64,000 nucleotides of DNA from Gammaproteobacteria bacterium (lineage in GTDB: Bacteria > Pseudomonadota > Gammaproteobacteria > Steroidobacterales > Rariloculaceae): contig JAJDVG010000010.1 in assembly GCA_022826245.1 (NCBI GenBank), positions 70,801-134,800 on the forward strand. Direction: 5' to 3'. The notes beneath the pieces were generated by a model. The model saw nothing but the letters and a program-made list of their open reading frames with translations, ran no database searches and was not told where the DNA came from. The position numbers and the translations under genes are program-made. This document shows positions 9,852 to 23,219 of this stretch, in pieces (the stretch's first letter is position 1; each line of letters opens with the position of its first letter).

Positions 9852-10529
9852 ATGTTGCGGAGCATAAGGTGCATTTTGGCCGTTACCGCGTCCCTCGCGC
9901 CGCTTCTGGCGGGCAAGGCGGCATTTGCCCAGACGGACGCCGAGCGCCTCGAAGCATTGCGCGGCTGCCTCGGCATCGAGTCCGATGCGGCGCGCCTGCT
10001 GTGCTTCGAGAGTATCGTCAGCGCGGAGCCTGACGCGGGGACGACCGCGAACGCACGCGTCGAACCCACGGCCGAAGCCGAGCGCCCCGGTTCGCCCGGC
10101 GCGTCCGAGACGGCTGACGGGACCAGTGAGCATCTCGCCGCTGATCGCGAGCAGCCCCCTCCGGCAACGGCGGAACCTGCCGGAATCGACGCGGTAGCGG
10201 CAGCCGATGTCTCCACAGCGGACGAATCCGCGGCGGCGACCATTCCGGTAGAGGACGATGCAAGTCAAAGCCGCCGGGACCTGGATGACGCATTCGCTGT
10301 CGACGAGACCGAGACCCTCGTCATCGTCGAAACGGGAGCGCTGCGCCGCGGCAACGCGACTTTCCTCACCGACGACGGCAGGTTGTTCGTGCAGACGAGC
10401 GGGCCAACCTCCAGGAACCTGCCGCCCGTCCCGTTCGAAGCGACGCTCGAAGACGGTGCGTTCGGCAGCGTGTTCCTGGTCGCCCCGTCCGCCAGACTGC
10501 GAATCCGCGTCGCAGAGCAAACGGACTAG
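9852..10529 (+). CDS. Hypothetical exported protein
   Basis: ATG 9852 inside track ORF 9669..10529. The signal peptide reads MLRSIRCILAVTASLAPLLAGKAAFA|Q. An Ala/Glu/Asp-rich linker is followed by a C-terminal globular part. I do not recognise the family. Confidence 0.6.
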   Translation: MLRSIRCILAVTASLAPLLAGKAAFAQTDAERLEALRGCLGIESDAARLLCFESIVSAEPDAGTTANARVEPTAEAERPGSPGASETADGTSEHLAADREQPPPATAEPAGIDAVAAADVSTADESAAATIPVEDDASQSRRDLDDAFAVDETETLVIVETGALRRGNATFLTDDGRLFVQTSGPTSRNLPPVPFEATLEDGAFGSVFLVAPSARLRIRVAEQTD

Positions 10530-10544
10530 CCGGAGCTGCCACGG

Positions 10545-11609
10545 ATGCGCAGCGCCGCCGAGGAACTCGCTCTTGCCGCGGTGTGCGACGCGAAGGGCGC
10601 GCATGACGACGCCGTCAACGCGCTCGCGCGCGCGGTCCGATTCGGCAGCGTCGAAGCCAAGACGCAGCTCGGCAAGCGCCTGGTCGCGGGCAACAACGCT
10701 CCGCTGCTGCCGACCGAGGGCGCCGGGCTGCTGATCGAAGCGGTTAACGACGGCAGCGCGGAGGCTGCCGCCAGGCTTGCTGTTCTCGCGGCGGCCGGGG
10801 TCTATGTGGAACCCGGTCTCGATCACGCGCTGAAGCTCCTGGCCCTGTCCGCGCAACGCGGCTGGCGCCCGGCGCAAACCCAACTGCTTGCGCTGACCGA
10901 TGATCGTGGTCTCGCAGCAGCAATCAACGACGGCGCCCCTCCCGCCAACCGCTGGCAACGCGTGGCCGACAGCATTGACGTCGACGGCTGGTCACGGGCG
11001 CCCGCGGGCAGAAACCTGCACGAGTCACCGCGCATCTGCCTGTTCGAGAAGCTGATCCCGATCGAAGTCTGCGGCTGGCTGATCGATGTTTCGGGGGAGC
11101 GTCTCAACCGCGCACTCGTCTACGACGCGGTCGCCCGCGAGGACTACGCGAGCAGTAACCGAACGAACAGTTGGGCGCAGTTCGACCTGATGAGCAGCGA
11201 GCTGATCCACCTGCTCGTGCAACACCGCATGGCAGCCGCGAGCGGCTTCCCGCTGCGCAACATGGAAGCGACAGCCGTCCTGCACTATGCCGTCGGCGAG
11301 GAAATAACGAACCACTACGATTTCGTCGATCCGGACATCCCGAACTACGAGCAGGAACTCGAAACGAACGGGCAGCGCGTCATGACGTTTCTGATCTACC
11401 TGAACGATGACTACGATCTCGGCGAGACCGAGTTTCCGGAACTCGGCGTTTCGCACAAGGGCCGCCGGGGCGAGGGCTTGTACTTCGTAAACGCCCTCGA
11501 CGACGGTTCGCCCGATCTTCGTACCGTTCACGCCGGACGTCCCACCGCCAACGGCGAGAAGTGGATCGTGTCGCAGTTCATCCGTAACCGTCGCGTGCTA
11601 GGCGTATAG
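10545..11609 (+). CDS. Sel1-repeat / prolyl 4-hydroxylase-type 2OG-Fe(II) oxygenase fusion protein
   Basis: Track ORF of 354 aa. The N-terminal half has Sel1-like repeats (AKTQLGKRLVAG; AAARLAVLAAAGVYVEPGLDHALKLLALSAQRG). The C-terminal half has H-x-D (NHYD), TFLIYLNDDYDLGETEF, a distal His (TVHAG) and GEKWIVSQF. Confidence 0.8.
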   Translation: MRSAAEELALAAVCDAKGAHDDAVNALARAVRFGSVEAKTQLGKRLVAGNNAPLLPTEGAGLLIEAVNDGSAEAAARLAVLAAAGVYVEPGLDHALKLLALSAQRGWRPAQTQLLALTDDRGLAAAINDGAPPANRWQRVADSIDVDGWSRAPAGRNLHESPRICLFEKLIPIEVCGWLIDVSGERLNRALVYDAVAREDYASSNRTNSWAQFDLMSSELIHLLVQHRMAAASGFPLRNMEATAVLHYAVGEEITNHYDFVDPDIPNYEQELETNGQRVMTFLIYLNDDYDLGETEFPELGVSHKGRRGEGLYFVNALDDGSPDLRTVHAGRPTANGEKWIVSQFIRNRRVLGV

Positions 11610-11832
11610 CGAGTGTCGTCGGAAACGCATCGCTGACGCACATTCATCGCAAAAACGCAACAACCGTTTCTGGTTAATTTGTGCAGTTTTTGTTAGGCTG
11701 CGGTGGCCGAACGGAGCCGGGATTCATAGCCATAACGAACGTGCGCCGCTAAAGACAACCCGGCCCGGATCCATCGGCTGCCGCGGCGCGGTTGTTCCCT
11801 TACCACGCACAGGATCGAAGGAGAGAATTCGC

Positions 11833-14800
11833 ATGGATTCCAGGAGACTGCTACGCAAGCGCCACCTCGCAGTGGCGATTTCGGCCATGGTTGGCGGGGG
11901 CGCGCTCGCCCAGGAACCCATCGAGGAAGTGACCGTGACCGGCTCGCGAATCGTGAGACGAGACCTGACCGCGCCGAGCCCGATCCTGACAGTCACGAGC
12001 GAGAACCTCGTGAACACGAGCAGCACCGGCGTGGAAGCCGTGCTCAATCAACTGCCGCAGTTCGTGCCGGCCGGCACCGAGTTCGGCGGCGGCATTCAGA
12101 ACGGCGCGACGAACTCGCCCGGCGCGGCGACGCTCAACATGCGCGGCATGGGCACCAACCGCAACCTCGTCCTGATCGACGGGCGGCGCGCCCAGCCGGT
12201 CAACGCCTCGCTGGTCGTTGACGTCAACACGATTCCGGCGTCGGCCATCGCGAATGTCGAGGTTATCACGGGCGGCGCGTCCGCGGTGTACGGGCCTGAC
12301 GCGCTCGCCGGCGTTACCAACTTCATCCTCAAGGACGATTTCGAAGGCATCGAGATCGGTATGCAGACGGGTCAGACCGGCGAAGGCGACGGCGCGGAGT
12401 CCAATTTCAACGTGCTGATCGGCATGAACGCCGACGACGGCCGCGGCAACGTCATGGTCGGCATCGACTGGACCAAACGCGACGAGATCTTCCAGCGCGA
12501 TCGCGACTTCTACATGAACGGCTGGATGGACACGGGCAACGCGGGCGGCCAGTTCATGCAACCGAGCACCTGGGGCGCCAACGAGGGCGGCATTCCGGGA
12601 GGCCGGAACCTGCCATCCCAGGAAGCCGTCGACGCGCTCTTCGCGCGCTACGGCGTGGCGCCCGGCACGGTCGGCAGGACTTCGGAGTTCCGTTTCAACC
12701 CGGACGGTTCGATATTCGTGACGCAGGGCGGGATCGGTTACAACGGGCCGCTCAACTGCATGAGCGGCTGCGGACCGTATACGGCGATCAAGCTGCTCGA
12801 CAACGGCAACCTCGACCAGGTCAACACGACCGGTTTCCTGTCCACGCCGCTCGAACGGCACTCGGCGTTCATGCGCGGCCGCTACCAGGTCGCGGACAAC
12901 CTGAGCGTCTTCGTGCAGGGCAACTTCAGCGACATCGAGGTCGGTCAGCGCGGCGGCATTCCTCCGGCAATCACCGTGTGGCAGGCGCCGATCCCGCGCG
13001 ACGGACGCGCGCTGCCGGATGACCTCAACACGCTGCTCGACTCAAGACCCAACCCCGACGGCCACTGGAGCCTCTATCGCGTGCTCGATTACAACGGCCC
13101 GATCCAGGCGACCAACAAGAACGAGGTCTGGCAACTGCAGGCGGGCGTCGAAGGCGAGGTCGGCGAGACCATCACCTGGGAAGCGTATATCTCGACCGGC
13201 GAGACCGACATCGAGGCCGTAAACGACCGCATGCCGTCGCTGCAACGCTACCAGTCGCTCGTGGCACAGCCCAATTTTGGCCAGGGCGGCTTTTTCCGCG
13301 GTCTCGGCCGCGGTTATTCGCAGTCCTGCCCGTCCGGGCTGCCGGTGTTCGAGCAGTTCACGCCGGACGAGAGCTGTCTTGAGAGCTTCGACTCGCGCAT
13401 GATCAACAAGAGCGTCCTGACCCAGGACATCATCGAGTTCAACATGCAGGGCGCAGGCTTCAACCTGCCCGGCGGCGAATCCGGCTGGGCGGTCGGCGCC
13501 TCGCGTCGCGACAATTCCTACGCGTTCCGCCCCGGTAATCCGGTCAATCACATTCTCGACAACCCGGTCGGCATCTTCGCCTCGAACGCGACGGGCGGCG
13601 AGACGGACGTCACCGAGATCTACGGCGAAATGCTGCTGCCGGTGCTCGATCAGTTCTCGGTCGAACTCGGCTACCGCTACTCGGACTTCAACACGGCCGG
13701 CGGTCACGACACGTACAAGACGCTGTTCACCTGGAACGCAACCGATACGGTCACGTTCCGCGGCGGTTACCAGTTCGCGACCCGCGCGCCGAACGTGGCG
13801 GAGCTCTTTACCGCCGCAACGCAGGTCGTCGTGTTCCATCCGGAACAGGACCCCTGTTCGGTCACGACACTGTCGCCCTGGGGCAACGTACCCGACAACC
13901 CGGACCGGGAACAGGTCATCGATCTCTGCCGCGCGATCATCGGCAACAACACCTCCGGTTTCGATACCCAGACCTACAGCATTACCGGCATCGCCGGTCC
14001 GAAGGGCTTCCACAGGCAGAACCCGCCGTTCTTCCCGCTCGAGATCGAGCTCCGGCAGGGCAACCCGAATGTCGGTCCGGAAACGGGCGATACCTATACC
14101 TTCGGCGCGGTCTGGACCGAAGCCTTCGGCGCCGACGGCCTGACGCTCACGGCCGACATCTACCGGATCGAACTGACGGATGCGATCTCGCCGATCGCGG
14201 CCTGGGTCGTCTACAACAACTGCTTCAACTACGACGGCCAGACGAACCCGAGCTACGACGTCAACAACCAGTTCTGTCAAATGATCCGCCGCAACCCGGT
14301 TTCGGGCGACCGCTCGGAAGTCGACGCGCCGTTCTTCAATCTCGGCCTCATCGAGACTCAGGGTATCGACGTCAACGTCAACTGGATCAAGGACATCGGT
14401 CCCGGCACCTTCAGCGTGAACTCGATCATCAACTTCCTGGACAACTACGAATACCAGGTGGTGCAGGGCCAGGACGCCGTGGTTGCCACTGGCACGCTCG
14501 ATGAAGGGGGCATGTACGAGATCCAGGCGCTGACCCGGTTCGGCTACACCTGGAACAATCTGAATCTGGGCGTGAGCTGGCGTCACCTCGATGCCATCAA
14601 GGCTGCCGCCGCGGCGTCAAGCCCCACCACGACGATTCAGGGCACCGGAGCGTACGATGTGTTCAACTTCTACGGGTCGTACAACTGGAACCGATACACG
14701 ATACGTTTCGGGATCGACAACTTGCTCGAAGAGGATCCCCGGGTGATCGGCGCCAACCCCGCCGGCGGGGATACGAACACCAACATCACGCTTCCCGCGC

Positions 14801-14853
14801 TCTACGACGTGATCGGCCGGCAGTACTACGTGGGCTTCACGGCGGACTTCTGA
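11833..14853 (+). CDS. TonB-dependent receptor (1006 aa)
   Basis: ATG 11833 with an AAGGAGAG SD. The signal peptide is AISAMVGGGALA|QE. The TonB box/plug region reads EEVTVTGSRI...NLVLIDGRR, followed by a long beta-barrel ending in a C-terminal aromatic (YYVGFTADF). Confidence 0.9.
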   Translation: MDSRRLLRKRHLAVAISAMVGGGALAQEPIEEVTVTGSRIVRRDLTAPSPILTVTSENLVNTSSTGVEAVLNQLPQFVPAGTEFGGGIQNGATNSPGAATLNMRGMGTNRNLVLIDGRRAQPVNASLVVDVNTIPASAIANVEVITGGASAVYGPDALAGVTNFILKDDFEGIEIGMQTGQTGEGDGAESNFNVLIGMNADDGRGNVMVGIDWTKRDEIFQRDRDFYMNGWMDTGNAGGQFMQPSTWGANEGGIPGGRNLPSQEAVDALFARYGVAPGTVGRTSEFRFNPDGSIFVTQGGIGYNGPLNCMSGCGPYTAIKLLDNGNLDQVNTTGFLSTPLERHSAFMRGRYQVADNLSVFVQGNFSDIEVGQRGGIPPAITVWQAPIPRDGRALPDDLNTLLDSRPNPDGHWSLYRVLDYNGPIQATNKNEVWQLQAGVEGEVGETITWEAYISTGETDIEAVNDRMPSLQRYQSLVAQPNFGQGGFFRGLGRGYSQSCPSGLPVFEQFTPDESCLESFDSRMINKSVLTQDIIEFNMQGAGFNLPGGESGWAVGASRRDNSYAFRPGNPVNHILDNPVGIFASNATGGETDVTEIYGEMLLPVLDQFSVELGYRYSDFNTAGGHDTYKTLFTWNATDTVTFRGGYQFATRAPNVAELFTAATQVVVFHPEQDPCSVTTLSPWGNVPDNPDREQVIDLCRAIIGNNTSGFDTQTYSITGIAGPKGFHRQNPPFFPLEIELRQGNPNVGPETGDTYTFGAVWTEAFGADGLTLTADIYRIELTDAISPIAAWVVYNNCFNYDGQTNPSYDVNNQFCQMIRRNPVSGDRSEVDAPFFNLGLIETQGIDVNVNWIKDIGPGTFSVNSIINFLDNYEYQVVQGQDAVVATGTLDEGGMYEIQALTRFGYTWNNLNLGVSWRHLDAIKAAAAASSPTTTIQGTGAYDVFNFYGSYNWNRYTIRFGIDNLLEEDPRVIGANPAGGDTNTNITLPALYDVIGRQYYVGFTADF

Positions 14854-14889
14854 TCTGCGAGGTCGCTGCGGCCCTGCCGTGGCAACTCC

Positions 14890-14938
14890 GGTCCGCGAGC
14901 CGCCGCGCAATGGGGCAGCGCTCGCGGACCGTTTTGTT
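14890..14938 (+). terminator. Rho-independent terminator after the TonB-dependent receptor gene
   Basis: An 11-bp perfect stem pairs GGTCCGCGAGC (14890-14900) with GCTCGCGGACC (14920-14930). It is followed by GTTTTGTT. Confidence 0.7.
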
Positions 14939-15085
14939 CGTGACGATGTACGACGACGATTCAAGTGTCTCGGTATCTCGTCGTGTCGATGTGCGTATCC
15001 TGTTCGGCACAGGTCCGGCGACGTCCCGGCCGATTCGGCGCTGGGCAGCGCAAGCTTGCGAAGAGACCTGTCGAAACGAATGTAG

Positions 15086-17335
<2,250 letters not shown>

Positions 17336-17396
17336 CGTCGAGGCTGCGATCCGCCCGGGCGCTCCGAAGCGTCCGATCCGGAAGACTGCTCGCAGG

Positions 17397-17431
17397 AAAC
17401 GGCGGTATTTCGGTACCGCCGTTTTCCTTTT
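17397..17431. terminator. Hairpin between convergent katG and CDF genes (probable bidirectional terminator)
   Basis: AAACGGCGGTA (17397-17407) pairs with TACCGCCGTTT (17414-17424) around a 6-nt loop. It is followed by TCCTTTT on the plus strand. Confidence 0.6.
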
Positions 17432-17448
17432 GGCTACGCAGCGGACGA

Positions 17449-18390
17449 TCAGAACGGATCGCGCGGTTCGTCGATGCCGTGCGGGTCGGCGTGGATGATG
17501 ACCTCGGCGGTCGGGAAGCGCTGACGGACGGACTGCTCGACCTCGTCGCAGATCCCGTGCGCGTCATTGAGCGTGAGCTCGCCGTCGAGTTCCAGGTGAA
17601 ACTGCATGAACTGCGCGGTCCCCGCCGAGCGGGTGCGGATGTCATGCACGCCGCGCACGGCCGGATGCCCCGCCGCGATGTCATGGACGGCGTCCCGCAC
17701 TTCGTCCGGCAGTTCCCGGTCGAGCAGGATGTCGATGGCCTTGAGCGCGATCGTGCGCACGCTCAGGAGAATCATGACGACGATGACGAGGCCGAGCAGC
17801 GGGTCGGCCGCGTGCCAGCCCAGACGCGTGTTGAGAAAGATCGCGGCAAGCACCGCGAGCGCCATGAGCACGTCGGCCCGGTAATGGACCGCATCGGCGC
17901 CGATGGCGATCGAGCCGGTTCGCTTGACGACGTAGTGCTGAAACGCGACCAGGCCGAGCGTCAGCACGAGCGATGCGGTCATGACTGCGACGCCCGTTTC
18001 CGGCGCGCCGATCTCCGCCGGCGACATCAACCGCACGAGCGCCGTGAACCCCACGTAGCCCGCCGAACCCGTGATGATCACGGCCTGGACGAGCCCCGCG
18101 ATCGCCTCCGACTTGCCGTGTCCGAAACGATGTTCGCGGTCCGCCGGCTCGTGCGCGACGCGGACCGCGAACCAGGTGATCGACGACGCGATCAGGTCGA
18201 GCAGGGAATCGGCCAGCGAACCGAGCAGCGACACCGAGTCCGTCTCGACCCATGCCCAGACCTTGAGCCCGACCAGCGTGAGCGCCACCGCGACCGACGC
18301 GACGCCCGCCGACCTGACCAGGCGAACGGTGCGCGGATCGGCCGCGGCTATCGGGCCCGCGCGCGGCGGTTCGCGCGCCGGCCCGTTCAC
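17449..18390 (-). CDS. Cation diffusion facilitator family transporter (FieF-like)
   Basis: Track ORF 17449..18960 trimmed to GTG 18390 (GTGA overlap with the upstream gene's stop), giving 313 aa. It has six TM segments, DSLLDL and HRFGHGKSEA motifs, and a C-terminal cytoplasmic domain ending IIHADPH. Confidence 0.85.
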   Translation of the reverse strand: MNGPAREPPRAGPIAAADPRTVRLVRSAGVASVAVALTLVGLKVWAWVETDSVSLLGSLADSLLDLIASSITWFAVRVAHEPADREHRFGHGKSEAIAGLVQAVIITGSAGYVGFTALVRLMSPAEIGAPETGVAVMTASLVLTLGLVAFQHYVVKRTGSIAIGADAVHYRADVLMALAVLAAIFLNTRLGWHAADPLLGLVIVVMILLSVRTIALKAIDILLDRELPDEVRDAVHDIAAGHPAVRGVHDIRTRSAGTAQFMQFHLELDGELTLNDAHGICDEVEQSVRQRFPTAEVIIHADPHGIDEPRDPF

Positions 18391-19535
18391 AGGCCGGCGA
18401 GCCGGGAGGCCGCCTGTTCGAGCGTAGCGGACCGCTTGGCGAAGCAGAACCGCACGAAGCGGTCCTCCGGCGCAGTCTCGTAGAAGACCGAAATCGGGAT
18501 GACCGCCACGCCGTGTTCGATCGTGAGCCAACGGGCGAATTCGACGTCGGGCAGATCGGAGATTTCGCTGTAATCGGCGAGCTGGAAGTACGTGCCGCGC
18601 GAGGGCGTGACCCGGAACCTGGAGTCCCCAAGCAGACGGGCGAAGTGATCCCGCTTGTCGGCGTAGAACGCGGCCAGGCCCAGATGATGTTCCGGATGCG
18701 CGGACAGGTAGTCGGCGAGCGCACATTGAATCGGCGCGACCGTCGCGAACGTCACGTATTGATGCACGCGCCGGAACTCTTGCGAAAGTACGCGCGGCGC
18801 CACGCAGTAACCGACCTTCCAGCCGGTCGCGTGATAGGTCTTGCCGAACGAGAAGACGGCGATGCTGCGTTCGGCGAGCTCCGGGTGGGCGAGCACGGTC
18901 GCGTGCGGTTCGCCGTCGAAAACGATGTGCTCGTAGACCTCGTCGCTGAGCACGAAGCACCCGAACGGCCGCAGCATTGCCGCGAGCCGGTCGAGATCCG
19001 CACGGTCGATGAGCGCGCCGGTCGGATTGTGCGGGGAGTTGACGATGATCAGCCGCGTTCGGTCGGACAGGCTTTCCTGCAGCCGTTCCCAGTCGATCGA
19101 GAATGCGGGCGCCCGCAGCGGCACGTGGACCGTCTTGCCGCCCGCGAGCGTCACGGCAGGCTCGTAGGAATCGTAGGCCGGATCGAGGACGATGACCTCG
19201 TCGCCGCCGCGCACGAGCGCCTGCACGGCGCAGAACAGCGCCGTAGTCGCGCCGCTGGTCACCGTGATTTCCGATTCGTGATCGACGTGCACGTCATAGA
19301 GCGCCCGCAACTTCTCCGCGATCGCCTGTCTGAGTTCGGCAACGCCCGGCATCGGCGGATACTGGTTGCGGCCCGTCCCGAGATGGTGGGCGACGCGCTC
19401 GATGAGCTCATCGGGCGGCTCGAAGTCGGGAAAGCCCTGCGACAGATTGATCGCCCCATGCTTCGCCGCGAGGGCCGACATCACGGTAAAAATCGTCGTC
19501 CCGGCATTCGAAAGCTTGCTTTCGACGGTACTCAC
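18387..19535 (-). CDS. PLP-dependent aminotransferase, YbdL (methionine aminotransferase)-like
   Basis: Last 382 codons of track ORF 18387..21365, starting at GTG 19535. It is colinear with E. coli YbdL: INLSQGFPDF, NQYPPMPG, SFGKTYHATGWKVGYCVAP (PLP lysine), RFCFAK. Confidence 0.9.
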   Translation of the reverse strand: MSTVESKLSNAGTTIFTVMSALAAKHGAINLSQGFPDFEPPDELIERVAHHLGTGRNQYPPMPGVAELRQAIAEKLRALYDVHVDHESEITVTSGATTALFCAVQALVRGGDEVIVLDPAYDSYEPAVTLAGGKTVHVPLRAPAFSIDWERLQESLSDRTRLIIVNSPHNPTGALIDRADLDRLAAMLRPFGCFVLSDEVYEHIVFDGEPHATVLAHPELAERSIAVFSFGKTYHATGWKVGYCVAPRVLSQEFRRVHQYVTFATVAPIQCALADYLSAHPEHHLGLAAFYADKRDHFARLLGDSRFRVTPSRGTYFQLADYSEISDLPDVEFARWLTIEHGVAVIPISVFYETAPEDRFVRFCFAKRSATLEQAASRLAGL

Positions 19536-19553
19536 TGGTCGAATTTCCGGATC

Positions 19554-19766
19554 ATGCTCGCAAAAGTCCTGATCGGCGCCGGTATCGCGCTCGTCGCGGC
19601 CGGCCTCGTCATGCAATATGCGCCGTGGCTCCTGTCCTGGTTCGGCCGCCTTCCGGGTGACATCAATATCACCCGCGGCAACTCGAGGGTGTTCATCCCG
19701 TTGACCTCGATGATCATCGTCAGCATCGTGCTCACGCTGATCGTGAACCTGTTCTTCCGCCGTTAG
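19554..19766 (+). CDS. Small membrane protein, DUF2905-like
   Basis: ATG 19554 inside track ORF 18513..19766 gives 70 aa: MLAKVLIGAGIALVAAGLVM...FGRLPGDINITRGNSRVFIPLTSMIIVSIVL. Confidence 0.7.
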   Translation: MLAKVLIGAGIALVAAGLVMQYAPWLLSWFGRLPGDINITRGNSRVFIPLTSMIIVSIVLTLIVNLFFRR

Positions 19767-21679
19767 TCGGAACCTTGCGTCGCCGTGCGGTAAAGCGCAA
19801 GCGCGACTGCCGCGACCACGAGCAGGCCGACGATGGAAGGCATCGTCACCGGCACCGCGATCACGTCGGGGTTGCCCGTCACGACGATCGGTATCGCCAT
19901 GAGGATGCCGATGAGCGCCTCGCCGGTGATGAGCCCCGCGGCGAACAACAGCCCGTTGCGCGCGCTCCAGTCGCCGCTGTCGCGCGAGCGCCGTGCGCTC
20001 GCGAAGTGAGCGATCAGGCCGCCGGCGAGGATCGGCACGGAGAGTTCCAGCGGCAGATAGATGCCGACGGCGACCGCGAGCACCGGGGCGCGCCAGGCGC
20101 CCTGCGTCGCCCGCACGAGGTAGCGGTCGAGCGCGATGATCGCGACGCCGATCAGCGCGCCGAGCCCGACCATGCCCCACGGCAGCCCGGCGCCGAACAC
20201 GCCTTCGGCGACGGAGGCCATGAGCGTCGCCTGGGGTGCGAGCAGCGAGTTGGGCTGCTCGTCCGTCGGCGGGCCTATGCCGTAGGCCACGAGCATCAGG
20301 TTCAGTATCGGCGCCATGACGAGCACGGCCGAGAGCACGCCGACCGCCTGCATGAACTGTTGCCGCCACGGCGTCGCACCAACGATGTAACCGGCCTTGA
20401 GATCCTGGAGATTGTCGCCCCCGATCGCCGCCGCGCAGCACACGACCGCGCCGACCATGATCGCCGCGGCCGCGCCGACGGCCGCAGTGTCGCCCATGAG
20501 GAACACCAGCATCAGCGAGGTCAGGAGAATCGTCGCGATCGTGATTCCGGAGACCGGATTGTTGGACGATCCGACGAGCCCCGCCATGTACGCGGCGACC
20601 GACGAGAACAGGAAGCCCGCGACGACCATGACCGCCGTCATCGCGAGCGCGATGCCGAGCGCGCCGACGATGGTGTAGTAGAGCGCGAGTATCGGCAGCA
20701 CGAGCACGGCCACGCCGATCAGCACCCAGCGCATGGGCGTGTCCTGCTCGGTATGCGCGGCGCCGGCCGTGCGCCGCGCGAGCCCGTCGCGAATCCCCGA
20801 AAGCAGCGAGCCCTGCATCGAGATCAGGGCCCAGACCCCGCCGACGAGCATCGCGCCGACGCCGAGGTAGCGAATCTTCGATGTCCAGATCGCGAACGCG
20901 AGATCGGCGGCGGGCATGCCGGAGGCACGCGCGGCGGCAAGCGCGGGATCGCTGTCCAGAAACAGCGTCGAATAGATCGGAATGGCGACATACCAGGAAA
21001 TCGCGCCGCCGAGGAATACGAGCACGGCGATGTTGAGGCCGACGATATAGCCCACGCTGATCAGTGCGGGCGACGAGTTCGCGCCGACGTAGGCAATCGT
21101 GTTCTGGCCGACGTAGGCGGCCGCCTGGGCTGTCGAGGACCACAGGCGCAGCCCCGTTTCGGCGAGCTTGACGAGCGCGCCGGTGACGGCCGCGATCGCG
21201 AGCAGCTTCGCTCTCTGAGCCGGAGATTCCCCGACCTTGAGTACCTCGGCGGTTGCCGTGCCCTCGGGATAGGCGAGCTTGAGATCGACGATGAGCGAGC
21301 GCCTGAGCGGTACCGTGAAGAGCACGCCGAGCAAGCCGCCGAGTCCCGCGATGGACGCGACCCACAGATAATCGAACGCGTTCCAGTAGTTCAGGATGAT
21401 CAGCGCGGGCAAGGTGAAGATCACGCCCGCCGCCAGGGACTCGCCGGCCGAGGCCGCCGTCTGCACGATATTGTTCTCGAGGATGTTCGATTCCCTGAAG
21501 AGCCTGAGCACGGCCATCGAGATCACGGCCGCCGGGATCGATGCCGAGACCGTAAGGCCCGCGAAGAGGCCGAGATAGGCGTTCGCCCCGGCGAGCACGG
21601 CCGACAGGATGACGCCGAGCGCGATGGCCTTGACGGTAAGCTGCGGCAGCAGCGGTCGCGTTTCAGGTTCGTCGTTCAT
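19763..21679 (-). CDS. OPT-family oligopeptide transporter
   Basis: Track ORF of 638 aa with many TM segments. The N-terminus QLTVKAIALGVILSAVLAGANAYLGLFAGLTVSASIPAAV is typical of the OPT family. Confidence 0.9.
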   Translation of the reverse strand: MNDEPETRPLLPQLTVKAIALGVILSAVLAGANAYLGLFAGLTVSASIPAAVISMAVLRLFRESNILENNIVQTAASAGESLAAGVIFTLPALIILNYWNAFDYLWVASIAGLGGLLGVLFTVPLRRSLIVDLKLAYPEGTATAEVLKVGESPAQRAKLLAIAAVTGALVKLAETGLRLWSSTAQAAAYVGQNTIAYVGANSSPALISVGYIVGLNIAVLVFLGGAISWYVAIPIYSTLFLDSDPALAAARASGMPAADLAFAIWTSKIRYLGVGAMLVGGVWALISMQGSLLSGIRDGLARRTAGAAHTEQDTPMRWVLIGVAVLVLPILALYYTIVGALGIALAMTAVMVVAGFLFSSVAAYMAGLVGSSNNPVSGITIATILLTSLMLVFLMGDTAAVGAAAAIMVGAVVCCAAAIGGDNLQDLKAGYIVGATPWRQQFMQAVGVLSAVLVMAPILNLMLVAYGIGPPTDEQPNSLLAPQATLMASVAEGVFGAGLPWGMVGLGALIGVAIIALDRYLVRATQGAWRAPVLAVAVGIYLPLELSVPILAGGLIAHFASARRSRDSGDWSARNGLLFAAGLITGEALIGILMAIPIVVTGNPDVIAVPVTMPSIVGLLVVAAVALALYRTATQGSD

Positions 21680-23173
<1,494 letters not shown>

Positions 23174-23219
23174 CGGGGCGCGCTCGGCGTGAAGTGACGG
23201 TACGGGTGTCGGGCAGGCG

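Noticed and set aside
11640-11832. Possible riboswitch (for example cobalamin) in the ~190-nt AT-richer leader of the TonB-dependent receptor gene
   Set aside because: I could not find a B12 box or any other conserved riboswitch core by eye. This would need an Rfam scan, so I make no claim.
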